Below, piece by piece: positions 19,909 through 29,395 of a stretch of 64,000 nucleotides of DNA. The notes beneath the pieces were generated by a model that saw only the letters and a list, made by a program, of their open reading frames with translations, was not told where the DNA came from and searched no databases. Origin of the DNA: Candidatus Omnitrophota bacterium (lineage in GTDB: Bacteria > Omnitrophota > Omnitrophia > Omnitrophales > Aquincolibacteriaceae); NCBI GenBank assembly GCA_022711115.1, contig JAKLFP010000001.1, positions 389,183-453,182 of the forward strand. Direction: 5' to 3'. The translations under genes were made by a program, and so were the position numbers. How positions within the stretch are numbered: position 1 is the first letter of the stretch; every line of letters starts with the position of its first letter.

Positions 19909-22900
19909 TTAATTATTAAAGGTAAAGCCGCCCCGGTTACGGTCACCCCAGATACCTTGGAAATTGTTATCGGGACTGCTGCCTCCGGAATGGCTCCCCG
20001 AAGAGGCGCTTCCGGACCTGAATTGCTCCAGAACAGTTTGTCCTCCGCCGCCGCTGCTTACACCCTTACTTCCTGTAGCGCATACGCCCACCAACTCGAT
20101 GGCGCCCGGGCAAATAGCTCCACCGCCCGTTGTCCCGCCGCCACCGCCTGTCGTGCCGCCTCCGAAATTAAACCCTCCGCCTCCTCCGGTATTGACCGGA
20201 GGCTTCCAACCCCCCTGGCTGACGATCTGCGCCTGATTCCGGATATTCTGCAGCATCATGTTGTTGAATTGTTGTTGCTGTTGTTGCTGCTGTTCCCATT
20301 GCTGCTGTTGCTGCTGCCGTTGCCATTCCATCTGCTGCATATCCTGTTGGAACTGAAAATCGTTTTGCTGCTGTTGCTGCTGCAGGGCTGCCGTTGCCGC
20401 TTGCATGGCCGCCAAAAGGTCCTGCTGACCTTGCGGCGCCCACGCGCAATTCATCGCCTGAGCAACCAGTGCATGCGCGGCATCGAATTGCTGGCTGTCG
20501 AGAAGCCCGTAAAAATTATTCTGGTACGAAACGCAGTCGATGCAGGCGGTATTGCTCGTGTTCCAAGTCAGGCCGAGCTGACAGACGCATGCCGGCCGGC
20601 CTTGTGGGTCATAACCGGGCTGCGTTCCAGGGACGGTGCATTGGATCATCGGCCGTCCAAAATACTGGACGATCACACTGCTCCCGGCCTGGGCCTGCGT
20701 GTTAGGACCCGGGCTTTGCGACCGGATCATATACGCGTCCTCCGCGCGCTGGGCGTCGCCGAGCGTCCTGGCGTCCGGATTAAAACCGGCTTGCTGCAAA
20801 ACCCCCATCGCTTGTTCAAATTGCATACCGATCACGTTTGGCACGGGGATCATCTGACCTTCTCCCGGCTGTCCGCCCTGGATCGGAGAATTCATCAGGT
20901 CTTCACCGAGCGTCACGCAAAAAGCCGCGTCCACGGCCGCGTCTTCAACGCGCTTCATATAATCCGCGGCCATCTGCCCGAGGTATTCGACGTTCTCAAC
21001 CGTTTTAAGCATCTGAGAGACCGTACTGCCTTCGGCTTCACCAAAAAGCTGCGTCCATTCGGCGTGCTGCGTCTTAATCTTGGAAAGGTTCGTTTTCATT
21101 TCTGTGATCTGCGTTTTCAAAGGGGCGATCACGGCCGCGGTTTCGTCAGGGCATTTGACCACGTTCTGGGCCGCGCCCTCGACCCGGCTTTGCATCTCTT
21201 CGATCTTGTCCAAGGTTTCCTTCCCTTCAGGGGTATCCTTGATGGGCTGCAGATTTTTCCTGAGATCCGCGGCCACGGTGTCGATCTTCGCGAGGATCGG
21301 TGCGATCGCGGCCACTTTTTCGCGCGCCGCGTTGACCTTCTCATCGGCTGTCGCTATCTTTTGTTCCAGCGCGTTCACTTTTGCGATCAGATTATCAAGC
21401 TCCTGAAAACCCTGGAGTTCCGTCCTTCCCGTTACCGCCTCATCGTAACCGCTCCGGACATTCTTGCTGTTGGTCTGCACGATCTGAAATTTTTCCCGCG
21501 CCTGAGAGAGCATCGGCCTGAGATCCGCTTCATCCGCCCTTACGGACTGCATGATCTTCTGCCGCTCTTCCTGGGATGTTGCGTATTTGATCGATTGCGC
21601 CTTCTCGCAGACGCGCACGCTGAGTTGTTCCATTTGCGATGCCGACGTGGCGAGAAATTTTGTTCCTTCTTCCGCGTCGTCCTGGATCCTGTTTATTTCC
21701 TGCGTGAGTTGTTTGACCCGCTGTGCCTTTATCTCCAGGTTCTTGGCTTTTGATTCGTAGGTCGCCACCTGGGATTTGATTTCCGCGAGCCCGGCCTGAA
21801 CCTCTTTGGTGATCACCGCGCAATCGTTGCAAAGCGCTCTCGCTTCGTTCGCGAGCGCTTCGGCCTGGGCCACAAGCTTCTCAAGCTCCCCAAGTTGATT
21901 CGATGTTCTCATATAATGCTGCTCGAATTCCGCGATCAGTTTATCAAAGGCTTCGTCATGGACCTTGTGCCGCTCGACCGCCAGGTCCTGGTCCGTCGGG
22001 CCCTTAGGCTGTAATTCTTTGTCGCGTTCCGAGGTGTCGGATTCCATGCCTACCGCGATCTGTAAAACCTCTCCCTGACTTGCCGGAATATCGCTTAACA
22101 CCTGCAGCCATGTGTCTCCGGGCTGGGCTTTACCGTTGACCAGTCGCCAAAGCTGCCGCCAAAGATCATGATGGGAAACACCGCCCAGCGTGGCTTGATC
22201 AAAACTTTTCGGATCGCTGTCCAGCGCCGAATCGGGGACATATTTGCGTTTGATCTCGGTCAGCTTTGCCGTCATGTCTTCTCTGATCTTCCCGGGCAGC
22301 TCCGCCCATTGGCCATAGGAAGTTTCGTCGCCCGAAGCTTTGCCCATCAAAAAATAGGGGCCGCTCAGGAGCCGCAGTTTGTCATCTTCTTTGGGATAAT
22401 TCCCGTACTGCTTTTCGGTCTCGTTCCTCGTGTCGCGGATCTTTTTGTAAGTTTTCAGGTATTGATCGATGATGCGCGTCTTTTCCTCAAAGACATCCCA
22501 GACATCCGCCTCGCCCATCATTTCCCGCTTGATCCCGCGGCTCATGTCCCAAAGCCAGACCAGCAGGTTCATGAAATCCCCGCCCGCTTCCTCCGTCAGC
22601 TTGTCCATCATCTGCTTTTTGATCCTGAGGTCTTCCGCGATCTTCTGGAGCTCCTCGAACATCTGGACGACCTGCCCGCTGATCTCCGCCTGTTCGGCCG
22701 CGCGCCGCTGTTCCAGGAGCTCAATCACGTGCTTCACGAATTCCAGCTTCACAACCTCCCATCGCGTGTACCACATGTCGGAAAAATGTTCCTTGAGTTT
22801 CGGCCCGACCAGTTCATGCTTCATCATTTCTTCCATCATCACAAGCCATGGGTCCTGCTCGGCCACTGTCTCACGCAGCATATCGTTGACCTTGAACCAG

Positions 22901-25458
22901 CCCGTGATCCCGTCAAGGGTGTACTCCATCTGTAGCCGCCGCTGCGCCTGAGGCAGTTTCAGCTGCGCGTACATTTCGCGGATCTGCCCCTGCTTTTTGT
23001 CAACAAACGCATCCAGATCGATCTCTTCGCCCTGATAGGTGACGGTGAGCAGTTTCCAGTTCGTCAGTTTGATCTTGTCGCCAACCGTTTCGACGTTAAG
23101 AAGCTTGAACTTCGCGTTTTCATAAAGATCGTCGATGAATTTGTCGACCTCCGTGCTCCAGTACATCTTCCATGTCTTCTCGCCCATGGATTCTCCGATG
23201 CTCTCGGCCACTCCAAGGAGCGCCACGGGAGGTATTAATGTTGTAAGTGTGTCCCAGCCGGCGGCCATGTATTTTCCCATATAAAGATTTGTCGCCGCGG
23301 AACCGAAAGGCACCCTCCGTTTGAAAAATTCACCCGCCAGGGCGCTCCATTCCCCCTGCCAGAAAAGGCCCACATACGCGGGGATTTCGTCGATCAAATT
23401 CATTGTGATTAAAATTTTGGAGGTTGCGCGGCCCGCGGCGCTGGAATTCATGGCGTCCCCGAAAAATTGGTTGGCGTCCTTAATTTTCTGGCGGACCAGG
23501 CTGTCCATAATGTACTTATTGACCCGCTCCGAGCGCCCGCGCCAAAGTTCTTCCTTGATATTGAGCCACTGGGTCCAGCCGTCGCTCAGCTTGCCTCCGG
23601 GCCGGTCCAGAAACTTCGCGACTTTGTCCGCCCAGCGGAACTCCTGAGCTCCCTGAATGTATCCGTCCCATTGAGTCTGCATCTCCCCGCGGAATTCCCC
23701 CATAAGCTTGTCATCAAGAACATCCAGCATCGTGTTGATCGTCTCAGGCATTGAAAGCAGTTTGGCCGCCGCGAGATTGATGGCTATCGGTTTTTTTGCT
23801 TTCAGCATGGAATCGATGAATTTATAGTCCTGCAGTCCCTGGACATCGAGCAGCTGAAATCCCCAGGTTTTCATGAACGATTTGTAGTCCCCGCGGAATT
23901 TCTCGAGCTGGCTCTTGAAGCCCGGGTCGATCTCCTTGATCCCCGCGATCTCGTCATTGAGCACGCGGGATTCGATCTCAATCATCTCATAAAGCTGGTT
24001 GAGCTCTTTCGCAATGCGTTTCGCTTCGGGATTATCCGGCGCTTTGGTCAGATCTTCCGGAGGCTGCGGCAGCCTGCCGATATCCGCGTTGAGCTTTTTC
24101 ATCTGCAGGTCAAATCCCTTGGCGACATTTTTCCACATGAGTTCCGAGCAGGAATTATAAAATTCCTTGATGATCGCCTCTTTGACTTCGATCTCGGGCT
24201 TGGATTGCCCGGTCTCATTCTCCGGCCCTAATTTCACATCAACCGGGAACGGTTTCCCGATCTCCTGGAAGTATTTCCGGATGATGTCGACCTGATTCAT
24301 CCCCTCAGCCCGTTTGTTCTCCTGCAGTAGTTTCGCGAAATCGGAGAGCGCTTTATTATCGGGTTCGGCGCCCGCCTCGCGGAGATATTTATTGCTCCGC
24401 TCAACATATTTTGTGGCCTTCATGAAACACTCGAGATCGGTGTAAACATTTTTCTTCACGATGTCGTGCTCGAAATGCCGGAGCATCTCGAGGCTCATAC
24501 CGGGCTCGACTTCCCATTTCAAGGCAATGAGATCGGCCATGCCGACCTTCGCGAACTTGGCGTCAAGCACCACCTGCGTCATCGCGTCATCCCCCAGGAC
24601 GATCTCGCCGATGGTTCCGTTATCGAGGTCCAGGATCTTGATCTTGGGTTTTTTATCCCGCTCTGTGGTGTACTTTCTGAAATTATCCTCGCCGTATTTC
24701 GAGCCGTGTTTAGCAACGTAAACCTCGTCCTTGCCCATCCCTTGCGGCGTGCACACAGTATCGAACTGTTCGGCTGTCAAATTCGTTCTTTGTTTGATGA
24801 AATCATCGAATTCCTGCTGCATGGCTACCGAAAGCTCAAGGTCGCCGCAGATGAGGGTAAAATCGATATCTCCGGCGAATTGCATCGCTTCAAGGGATTC
24901 GGTCGGCCAGCTCCCGATCTCTCCGAGGAACACTTTGAATTTATAACCGTTGATATTGTTCTTTCCTTTGAATTTCCGCGCCACATGTTCAATGCCTTCG
25001 AGCACGATCTGTCTTCGCCAGGAAAGAAGGTCCTTTTCGACTTTGGACCCTCCTTCCGCGTAGAGTTCGCCGAGAAAATATTTCAGCCCCTTCTGACCGG
25101 TCCTTCCCTGGTAGTCCCCGATCTCTTTTTTGACCTGCATCAGAAGGTGGCGGCGTTCGAGGCCATCCGGCATTTCCATGCGGGATAGTTCGTGATAGAA
25201 AGTTTCCGGCGTCATCGCGCCCGCGGCCACCTTTCGAAAATTCTCCGCGATCTTGATCTTGACATCGGAGTATTCCTGGAAAAGCTCGATCGGCGGGACC
25301 TGGAAAGAGTCTTTATCTTCCTGGTCCGGGTTATCGGGAGACGCCGCGAAAAGATCGCCGGAAGGAATCACTGCGATCAGAAATGCCAGGAAAGGGATAA
25401 GGGCTATTGCGAAGAATATTTTTTGCTGGTGACTGCTTTTCTGCAGGAGGCAACTCAT
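19909..25458 (-). CDS. giant (1849 aa) secreted/membrane-anchored protein: N-terminal TM/signal, long coiled-coil regions, PASTA-like domain, Cys-rich module, polyQ and Gly-rich C-terminal tail
   Basis: Single ORF with markedly higher GC than flanking DNA. PASTA-like VPNVIGMQFEQAMGVLQQAGFNP...IRSQSPGPNTQAQAGSSVIVQY. QQQQQ.. and GGGGG.. tracts at the C-terminus. N-terminal region contains IGSWPTESLEAMQFAGDIDF, a possible nucleotidyltransferase-like GS...DxD motif. Confidence 0.6.
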   Translation of the reverse strand: MSCLLQKSSHQQKIFFAIALIPFLAFLIAVIPSGDLFAASPDNPDQEDKDSFQVPPIELFQEYSDVKIKIAENFRKVAAGAMTPETFYHELSRMEMPDGLERRHLLMQVKKEIGDYQGRTGQKGLKYFLGELYAEGGSKVEKDLLSWRRQIVLEGIEHVARKFKGKNNINGYKFKVFLGEIGSWPTESLEAMQFAGDIDFTLICGDLELSVAMQQEFDDFIKQRTNLTAEQFDTVCTPQGMGKDEVYVAKHGSKYGEDNFRKYTTERDKKPKIKILDLDNGTIGEIVLGDDAMTQVVLDAKFAKVGMADLIALKWEVEPGMSLEMLRHFEHDIVKKNVYTDLECFMKATKYVERSNKYLREAGAEPDNKALSDFAKLLQENKRAEGMNQVDIIRKYFQEIGKPFPVDVKLGPENETGQSKPEIEVKEAIIKEFYNSCSELMWKNVAKGFDLQMKKLNADIGRLPQPPEDLTKAPDNPEAKRIAKELNQLYEMIEIESRVLNDEIAGIKEIDPGFKSQLEKFRGDYKSFMKTWGFQLLDVQGLQDYKFIDSMLKAKKPIAINLAAAKLLSMPETINTMLDVLDDKLMGEFRGEMQTQWDGYIQGAQEFRWADKVAKFLDRPGGKLSDGWTQWLNIKEELWRGRSERVNKYIMDSLVRQKIKDANQFFGDAMNSSAAGRATSKILITMNLIDEIPAYVGLFWQGEWSALAGEFFKRRVPFGSAATNLYMGKYMAAGWDTLTTLIPPVALLGVAESIGESMGEKTWKMYWSTEVDKFIDDLYENAKFKLLNVETVGDKIKLTNWKLLTVTYQGEEIDLDAFVDKKQGQIREMYAQLKLPQAQRRLQMEYTLDGITGWFKVNDMLRETVAEQDPWLVMMEEMMKHELVGPKLKEHFSDMWYTRWEVVKLEFVKHVIELLEQRRAAEQAEISGQVVQMFEELQKIAEDLRIKKQMMDKLTEEAGGDFMNLLVWLWDMSRGIKREMMGEADVWDVFEEKTRIIDQYLKTYKKIRDTRNETEKQYGNYPKEDDKLRLLSGPYFLMGKASGDETSYGQWAELPGKIREDMTAKLTEIKRKYVPDSALDSDPKSFDQATLGGVSHHDLWRQLWRLVNGKAQPGDTWLQVLSDIPASQGEVLQIAVGMESDTSERDKELQPKGPTDQDLAVERHKVHDEAFDKLIAEFEQHYMRTSNQLGELEKLVAQAEALANEARALCNDCAVITKEVQAGLAEIKSQVATYESKAKNLEIKAQRVKQLTQEINRIQDDAEEGTKFLATSASQMEQLSVRVCEKAQSIKYATSQEERQKIMQSVRADEADLRPMLSQAREKFQIVQTNSKNVRSGYDEAVTGRTELQGFQELDNLIAKVNALEQKIATADEKVNAAREKVAAIAPILAKIDTVAADLRKNLQPIKDTPEGKETLDKIEEMQSRVEGAAQNVVKCPDETAAVIAPLKTQITEMKTNLSKIKTQHAEWTQLFGEAEGSTVSQMLKTVENVEYLGQMAADYMKRVEDAAVDAAFCVTLGEDLMNSPIQGGQPGEGQMIPVPNVIGMQFEQAMGVLQQAGFNPDARTLGDAQRAEDAYMIRSQSPGPNTQAQAGSSVIVQYFGRPMIQCTVPGTQPGYDPQGRPACVCQLGLTWNTSNTACIDCVSYQNNFYGLLDSQQFDAAHALVAQAMNCAWAPQGQQDLLAAMQAATAALQQQQQQNDFQFQQDMQQMEWQRQQQQQQWEQQQQQQQQFNNMMLQNIRNQAQIVSQGGWKPPVNTGGGGGFNFGGGTTGGGGGTTGGGAICPGAIELVGVCATGSKGVSSGGGGQTVLEQFRSGSASSGSHSGGSSPDNNFQGIWGDRNRGGFTFNN

Positions 25459-25643
25459 CGTTTTTGGCCGGAACAGCCCTCTTGTTATCTTTTCGATGAT
25501 GTTGAAGCCAGTTTCCGCAATGAGGTGAAAACTGTATCTCTATTATAACAGGAAAGTTGTTTTCCTCATTATCTTTAGAATGAGGCCATTATGATGAACT
25601 TACTGGCGCGTTATTTGCCATGTTCTTCGAATTTATTTAAGAG

Positions 25644-25717
25644 CGCGCCCGGCAGGAGTCGAACCTGCAACCTTCTGATCCGTAGTCAGATGCTCTATCC
25701 AATTGAGCTACGGGCGC
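25644..25717 (-). tRNA. tRNA-Arg (anticodon ACG)
   Basis: Cloverleaf read manually: acceptor GCGCCCG/CGGGCGC, anticodon stem TCTGA/TCAGA, loop CTACGGA, T-arm GGTTCGACTCC; CCA not encoded. Confidence 0.85.
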
Positions 25718-26101
25718 ATGAGACTTAATTATAATGATTACAACAACTTACAGAAAACAAGCTTTTCAAATCCTGATCGCTAAAACAGCTCGTGTGGCAC
25801 ATTTGTGGCAGTCTGTTCGCAGCCCCGTGGGGCACCTGCGAGACAAGACTGTGAGTAGTGGCGTATTATAAGCGTTTTTTTGGGAAATGCAAAAAAATCT
25901 AGACCCGAATTTTCCACACGGGTAAGTTCAAACGTTGGCGGTAGGTCTCGCCTTTAAGTAGGTTTATCTTCCGTTCCGGAAGATCTCCCCGGGCTGTAAG
26001 ATGCTGCCGATGCTTCCCGAGCCAAAGCGATGTCCCGAGATGGAGCGTGTGCTTGCCGTAGGGCCTGTTGATGCCGCCTTGCCATAGATGTGACGTTCAG
26101 T

Positions 26102-27190
26102 TTATAAAACCCCCGCTTCACTTAAAGCCTTATGAAGCTGATGGGCAACAAAGTTATTGCCCTCTAAAGTCATGTGCCCTCTTCGGCCATAAAAAAAGGC
26201 GTCCAAAACTTCCGGGTTTGTTTTTATAATTCCAAAAAAAGGGACTGCCAGATCGACCACTTGAATTGTCTTATCATCAATGCCGCTCAGCACGGCGTCG
26301 ACAATGCTTAGCTCGTCTAAATTCGTGTCATGAGTGTATTGCACAAGAACGATGATGTGTTTCAGGCGATCTGTCGGAATCATGGCCCTGAGGTACCGGA
26401 ACATCAAATAACCGGTGGAAACAGCCTGATCCTGGGAATAGGCCTCGTCATCCCCCCACTTTTCCTGGAGCCAGTGGTCGGGAAAAGCGGTCTTCATGGC
26501 ATAGTGGAGAAAGGCGCTGTAGCCGAATATTTTTCGGGCCAACCAAAGACCGTCTTTCTCAGCGGGAAGTATGGGAACCGGAATATTTTTTGTAACAAGC
26601 CGGTCGCCTGAAAGTTCTATGTAGGGCTTTGCGACACCGTGTCTTTTAGACTGTCTGCAGCGAAGCACATCGTCGGCAATAAAGCTCAAGATCAGAATAT
26701 CCGGGTTGTAGACCCGGACCAATTGGCCGGCCCTGAGAAATATCTGATCAAGCCCGTATGCAAAAACACCGCCGTTCACGACCCGCTTTCCGGATATTTT
26801 TTCCAAAAGCGCCGGCCATGTCTCGCCATCCGATACGTCGGCCCCAAAGGTGAACGAATCGCCCACGGCCAAGATCGATACGGGACCGGAGGCTTCTTCG
26901 GCCTTACCGGTGCCGTTGGAACGAATACCATTTTTAAGGATGGTAACCGTCTTTCCCCACGAATTTTTATCCCCCGAGTAACCTTCTTGGGGGATCCACC
27001 CTAGATGGGAATCATATTGGCAGGGGTAGGAGGACTTCAGGATGTTTATATTTTGCTCCGCAAAATTCACAAAGGCATATTCCCCCTTGATGACGCGAGT
27101 GGCCAGCTCGAGTACTATGAAAACTACCAGCAGGGCAAGCGCGGAGATGAGCGGATTTATAAACGATATCTTCTTTTCAGAATTCATCAA
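26102..27190 (-). CDS. membrane-anchored SGNH/GDSL hydrolase-family protein (paralog 3)
   Basis: N-terminal TM; AVGDSFTFGADV; C-terminal RGHMTLEGN. Confidence 0.6.
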   Translation of the reverse strand: MMNSEKKISFINPLISALALLVVFIVLELATRVIKGEYAFVNFAEQNINILKSSYPCQYDSHLGWIPQEGYSGDKNSWGKTVTILKNGIRSNGTGKAEEASGPVSILAVGDSFTFGADVSDGETWPALLEKISGKRVVNGGVFAYGLDQIFLRAGQLVRVYNPDILILSFIADDVLRCRQSKRHGVAKPYIELSGDRLVTKNIPVPILPAEKDGLWLARKIFGYSAFLHYAMKTAFPDHWLQEKWGDDEAYSQDQAVSTGYLMFRYLRAMIPTDRLKHIIVLVQYTHDTNLDELSIVDAVLSGIDDKTIQVVDLAVPFFGIIKTNPEVLDAFFYGRRGHMTLEGNNFVAHQLHKALSEAGVL

Positions 27191-27448
27191 AAGGTGCCAT
27201 TCTATGATTTCGTCTCTTTCCTTTGGTCAAACATTTTACTCCGAACGCGTTGGGCCGCACGGCCTGAGCCGCCCCTGATGTTTTAAATTATAATCTTTTG
27301 CTTGGCTCATTTGAAGGAATTCGTGTGGAAAACGCCAATGAAAAACTTCAAAGCTCTCCAATTGAGGGGCCTATGATGATTGATTCTCGCAGAAGTGAAA
27401 AAATCTGTTTTTGAAAAACGTTTGCTTTTTAGGACAAGCGCTATAAAT

Positions 27449-28453
27449 TTACTCGACAAGCCTTAACTTTTGCATGGTGGTGTTTATTTGAGAGTTCTCC
27501 CGGACAATAAAAGACGAAGACGTAGATTCTACAATCTCAGCCTGGATGCCGCGTGTACCCATAGCGCCAGTTAAATTGACGGAAAGAATCCGCAAGGCGA
27601 CAATGCTCACGATTGTATATTCGAAAAGACTTCCCTGCTCCACCACTGTTGTGTAAACGGGGTAGTAGGCGATCTTCCCGATCATGTCTGTAAGGTCTGA
27701 TAAAAGGGCCTGCCCCTTGCTTCCTGTTAAACCCGACGCTTGCAGAGACCCGCTCTCGGGAATGACAAAATCCTGATCGAAACCGCTTTCGATGTATTGC
27801 CGAAGTTCCGGGATATCGTTTGATCCTGAATCCAAATCCAGATATCCGAAATTGCCGGGACCTTTCGGCTCTAAAGACAGCGTGATGCGTTGGTTGACGT
27901 CAAAAGAGCCGTCCCCATCCTGATCCACGACGGATTTTAATACCGTAATTGGCATGAGGTGGCCGTTTGCTTTCACCCCCACGACACGTTGGTCCCGGGC
28001 CGCAACAGCACGACGAGAAAGCGCCATCTCTTCTTGCCCAAACATCTTCGCAAAAAACAACGCCACCTTTCCGGCCGGCACATTTTCATCCCTTGTCGCC
28101 CTGACCCTGCATGCATTAAAAGGAGTCTGATTTTCGTGAAATTTCTGGGCATCAAAGTCATAATTTCCCAGAATAACATTGTTGCTGATAAGCCCGACCG
28201 AAGCACTTCCCGCGGAATTTCTGCTGGCGAAGGACATCGCAATCCTATCTGCCTTATCTTTTTCAACTGAGAGGTCCACCATCACCGCTAAGGCTGCGGC
28301 ATCGGATGCGTTTTGCAATTCAGTTTGTGTAGCAATGAGATAACCCGCATCAATAGCCAGAGACATCATACAGAACATGGGTGTTGTAAAAATAAGCGTG
28401 GTCACCAAGGCGGTACCTTTTTGGGTCCTTAAAATTTGATTTAATTTGATCAT
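27449..28453 (-). CDS. TadG/TadE-like pseudopilin family protein (start adjusted to MIKLNQILR... at 28453 to avoid overlap with the upstream gene)
   Basis: KGTALVTTLIFTTPMFCMMSLAIDAGYLIATQTELQNASDAAALA resembles the TadE/TadG N-terminal region; remainder beta-rich. Confidence 0.5.
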   Translation of the reverse strand: MIKLNQILRTQKGTALVTTLIFTTPMFCMMSLAIDAGYLIATQTELQNASDAAALAVMVDLSVEKDKADRIAMSFASRNSAGSASVGLISNNVILGNYDFDAQKFHENQTPFNACRVRATRDENVPAGKVALFFAKMFGQEEMALSRRAVAARDQRVVGVKANGHLMPITVLKSVVDQDGDGSFDVNQRITLSLEPKGPGNFGYLDLDSGSNDIPELRQYIESGFDQDFVIPESGSLQASGLTGSKGQALLSDLTDMIGKIAYYPVYTTVVEQGSLFEYTIVSIVALRILSVNLTGAMGTRGIQAEIVESTSSSFIVRENSQINTTMQKLRLVE

Positions 28454-28457
28454 AAAG

Positions 28458-28886
28458 TCATCCTTCTTTCCGCATAACGGTGCTTGCACTAAGGGCATTG
28501 CCGGGAAAAATGAATGTCGGGATAATCGAATTAAAAGGAAGCGTTGCGGTAACTCTAACCCCCTCCATTCCATCCACATCAATAATCGATGCATTGATGA
28601 CTGCCCCTGCGCCAAGGTTTATGCTCGTCAAACTATATTTACAAGTACTGATTGCTGTTTTTACTGCCTTATCCCCGGAAATTTGCATGGCTCCAGTCCG
28701 GGCCCCTTCACGAACGGCTCTGTCGAGAACATGCTTGACACATATCGCCCGGCCCAAGTCGAACATGAATATCACCATTAGAATAATAATTGGAAGAACA
28801 AGCACAGATTCTACGAGTGCCTGACCGCACGAATTTCTTCTGAAAAACCCTCTTTTACCAGATGAATTGATAACTTCATTTTGCAT
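28458..28886 (-). CDS. TadE-like protein (Flp-pilus-associated pseudopilin family)
   Basis: GQALVESVLVLPIIILMVIFMFDLGRAI matches the TadE-like N-terminal signature. Confidence 0.6.
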   Translation of the reverse strand: MQNEVINSSGKRGFFRRNSCGQALVESVLVLPIIILMVIFMFDLGRAICVKHVLDRAVREGARTGAMQISGDKAVKTAISTCKYSLTSINLGAGAVINASIIDVDGMEGVRVTATLPFNSIIPTFIFPGNALSASTVMRKEG

Positions 28887-29395
28887 GTTTTTGGTTCTTT
28901 CTGGTGTTATTTTTAAATTATCACTTTCTTTATTATTATTATACCATTAAAAACCTTTTATAATATTCAAAAGTTATCTAAAGTATATAATAGTTATATT
29001 TTTATATAAGGATTAACATTAAATTGTTTATCTTGTTGCCAGAATAAAGCCTCGATGGATGAAAAATAATTCTTATCTATAATTAAACAAAAGAGTTACG
29101 TAAAAAACGACGGTTAATGTCTTTGCTGAAATTGTCTTCGAATCTAAGGGGAGAGCGATGGGAATTGCGTAGAAAGTGGATGCTCGTAAAGGGTTTTATT
29201 CATTTATCAGATCGAAGTTTGAGCTGATTGCGGTAAAACTAAAAATCATCAACCCCACCTTAAAAATTCAGGAGCGTTTCTTGCTAGTCATTTATCTATA
29301 GACAGCGACCCGAGAACCGTTTCTTGGGATTTTGAGGGAAGCCATACCGTGCCAAGGTGGCCTAAGCGCCTATTAAAGCAAGCTCGCTGGAGGCG
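28887..29395. promoter_or_regulatory. ~500-bp AT-rich non-coding region upstream of the TadE/TadG-like pair (promoter region; TATAAT-like hexamers present)
   Basis: No ORF >20 aa on either strand when scanned manually; ~25% GC. Confidence 0.4.

Noticed and set aside
20100-20400. Possible CRISPR-like repeats
   Set aside because: The repeats are in-frame trinucleotide (GGN, CAG/CAA) repeats within a CDS, with no spacer-repeat periodicity; no CRISPR array exists anywhere in the window
19840-21753. 637-aa plus-strand ORF (and several 70-250 aa ORFs at 22168-25548) antisense to the giant gene
   Set aside because: They lie entirely antisense within a high-GC coding region. The translations are L/R/P-rich low-complexity sequence with no motifs. 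This is the typical shadow ORF pattern of a GC-rich gene
28887-29395. Searched for a small Flp-pilin gene in the AT-rich region upstream of the TadE/TadG-like pair
   Set aside because: Manual translation of both strands gives only <20-aa ORFs; none has the Flp leader or G/xxxEY motif
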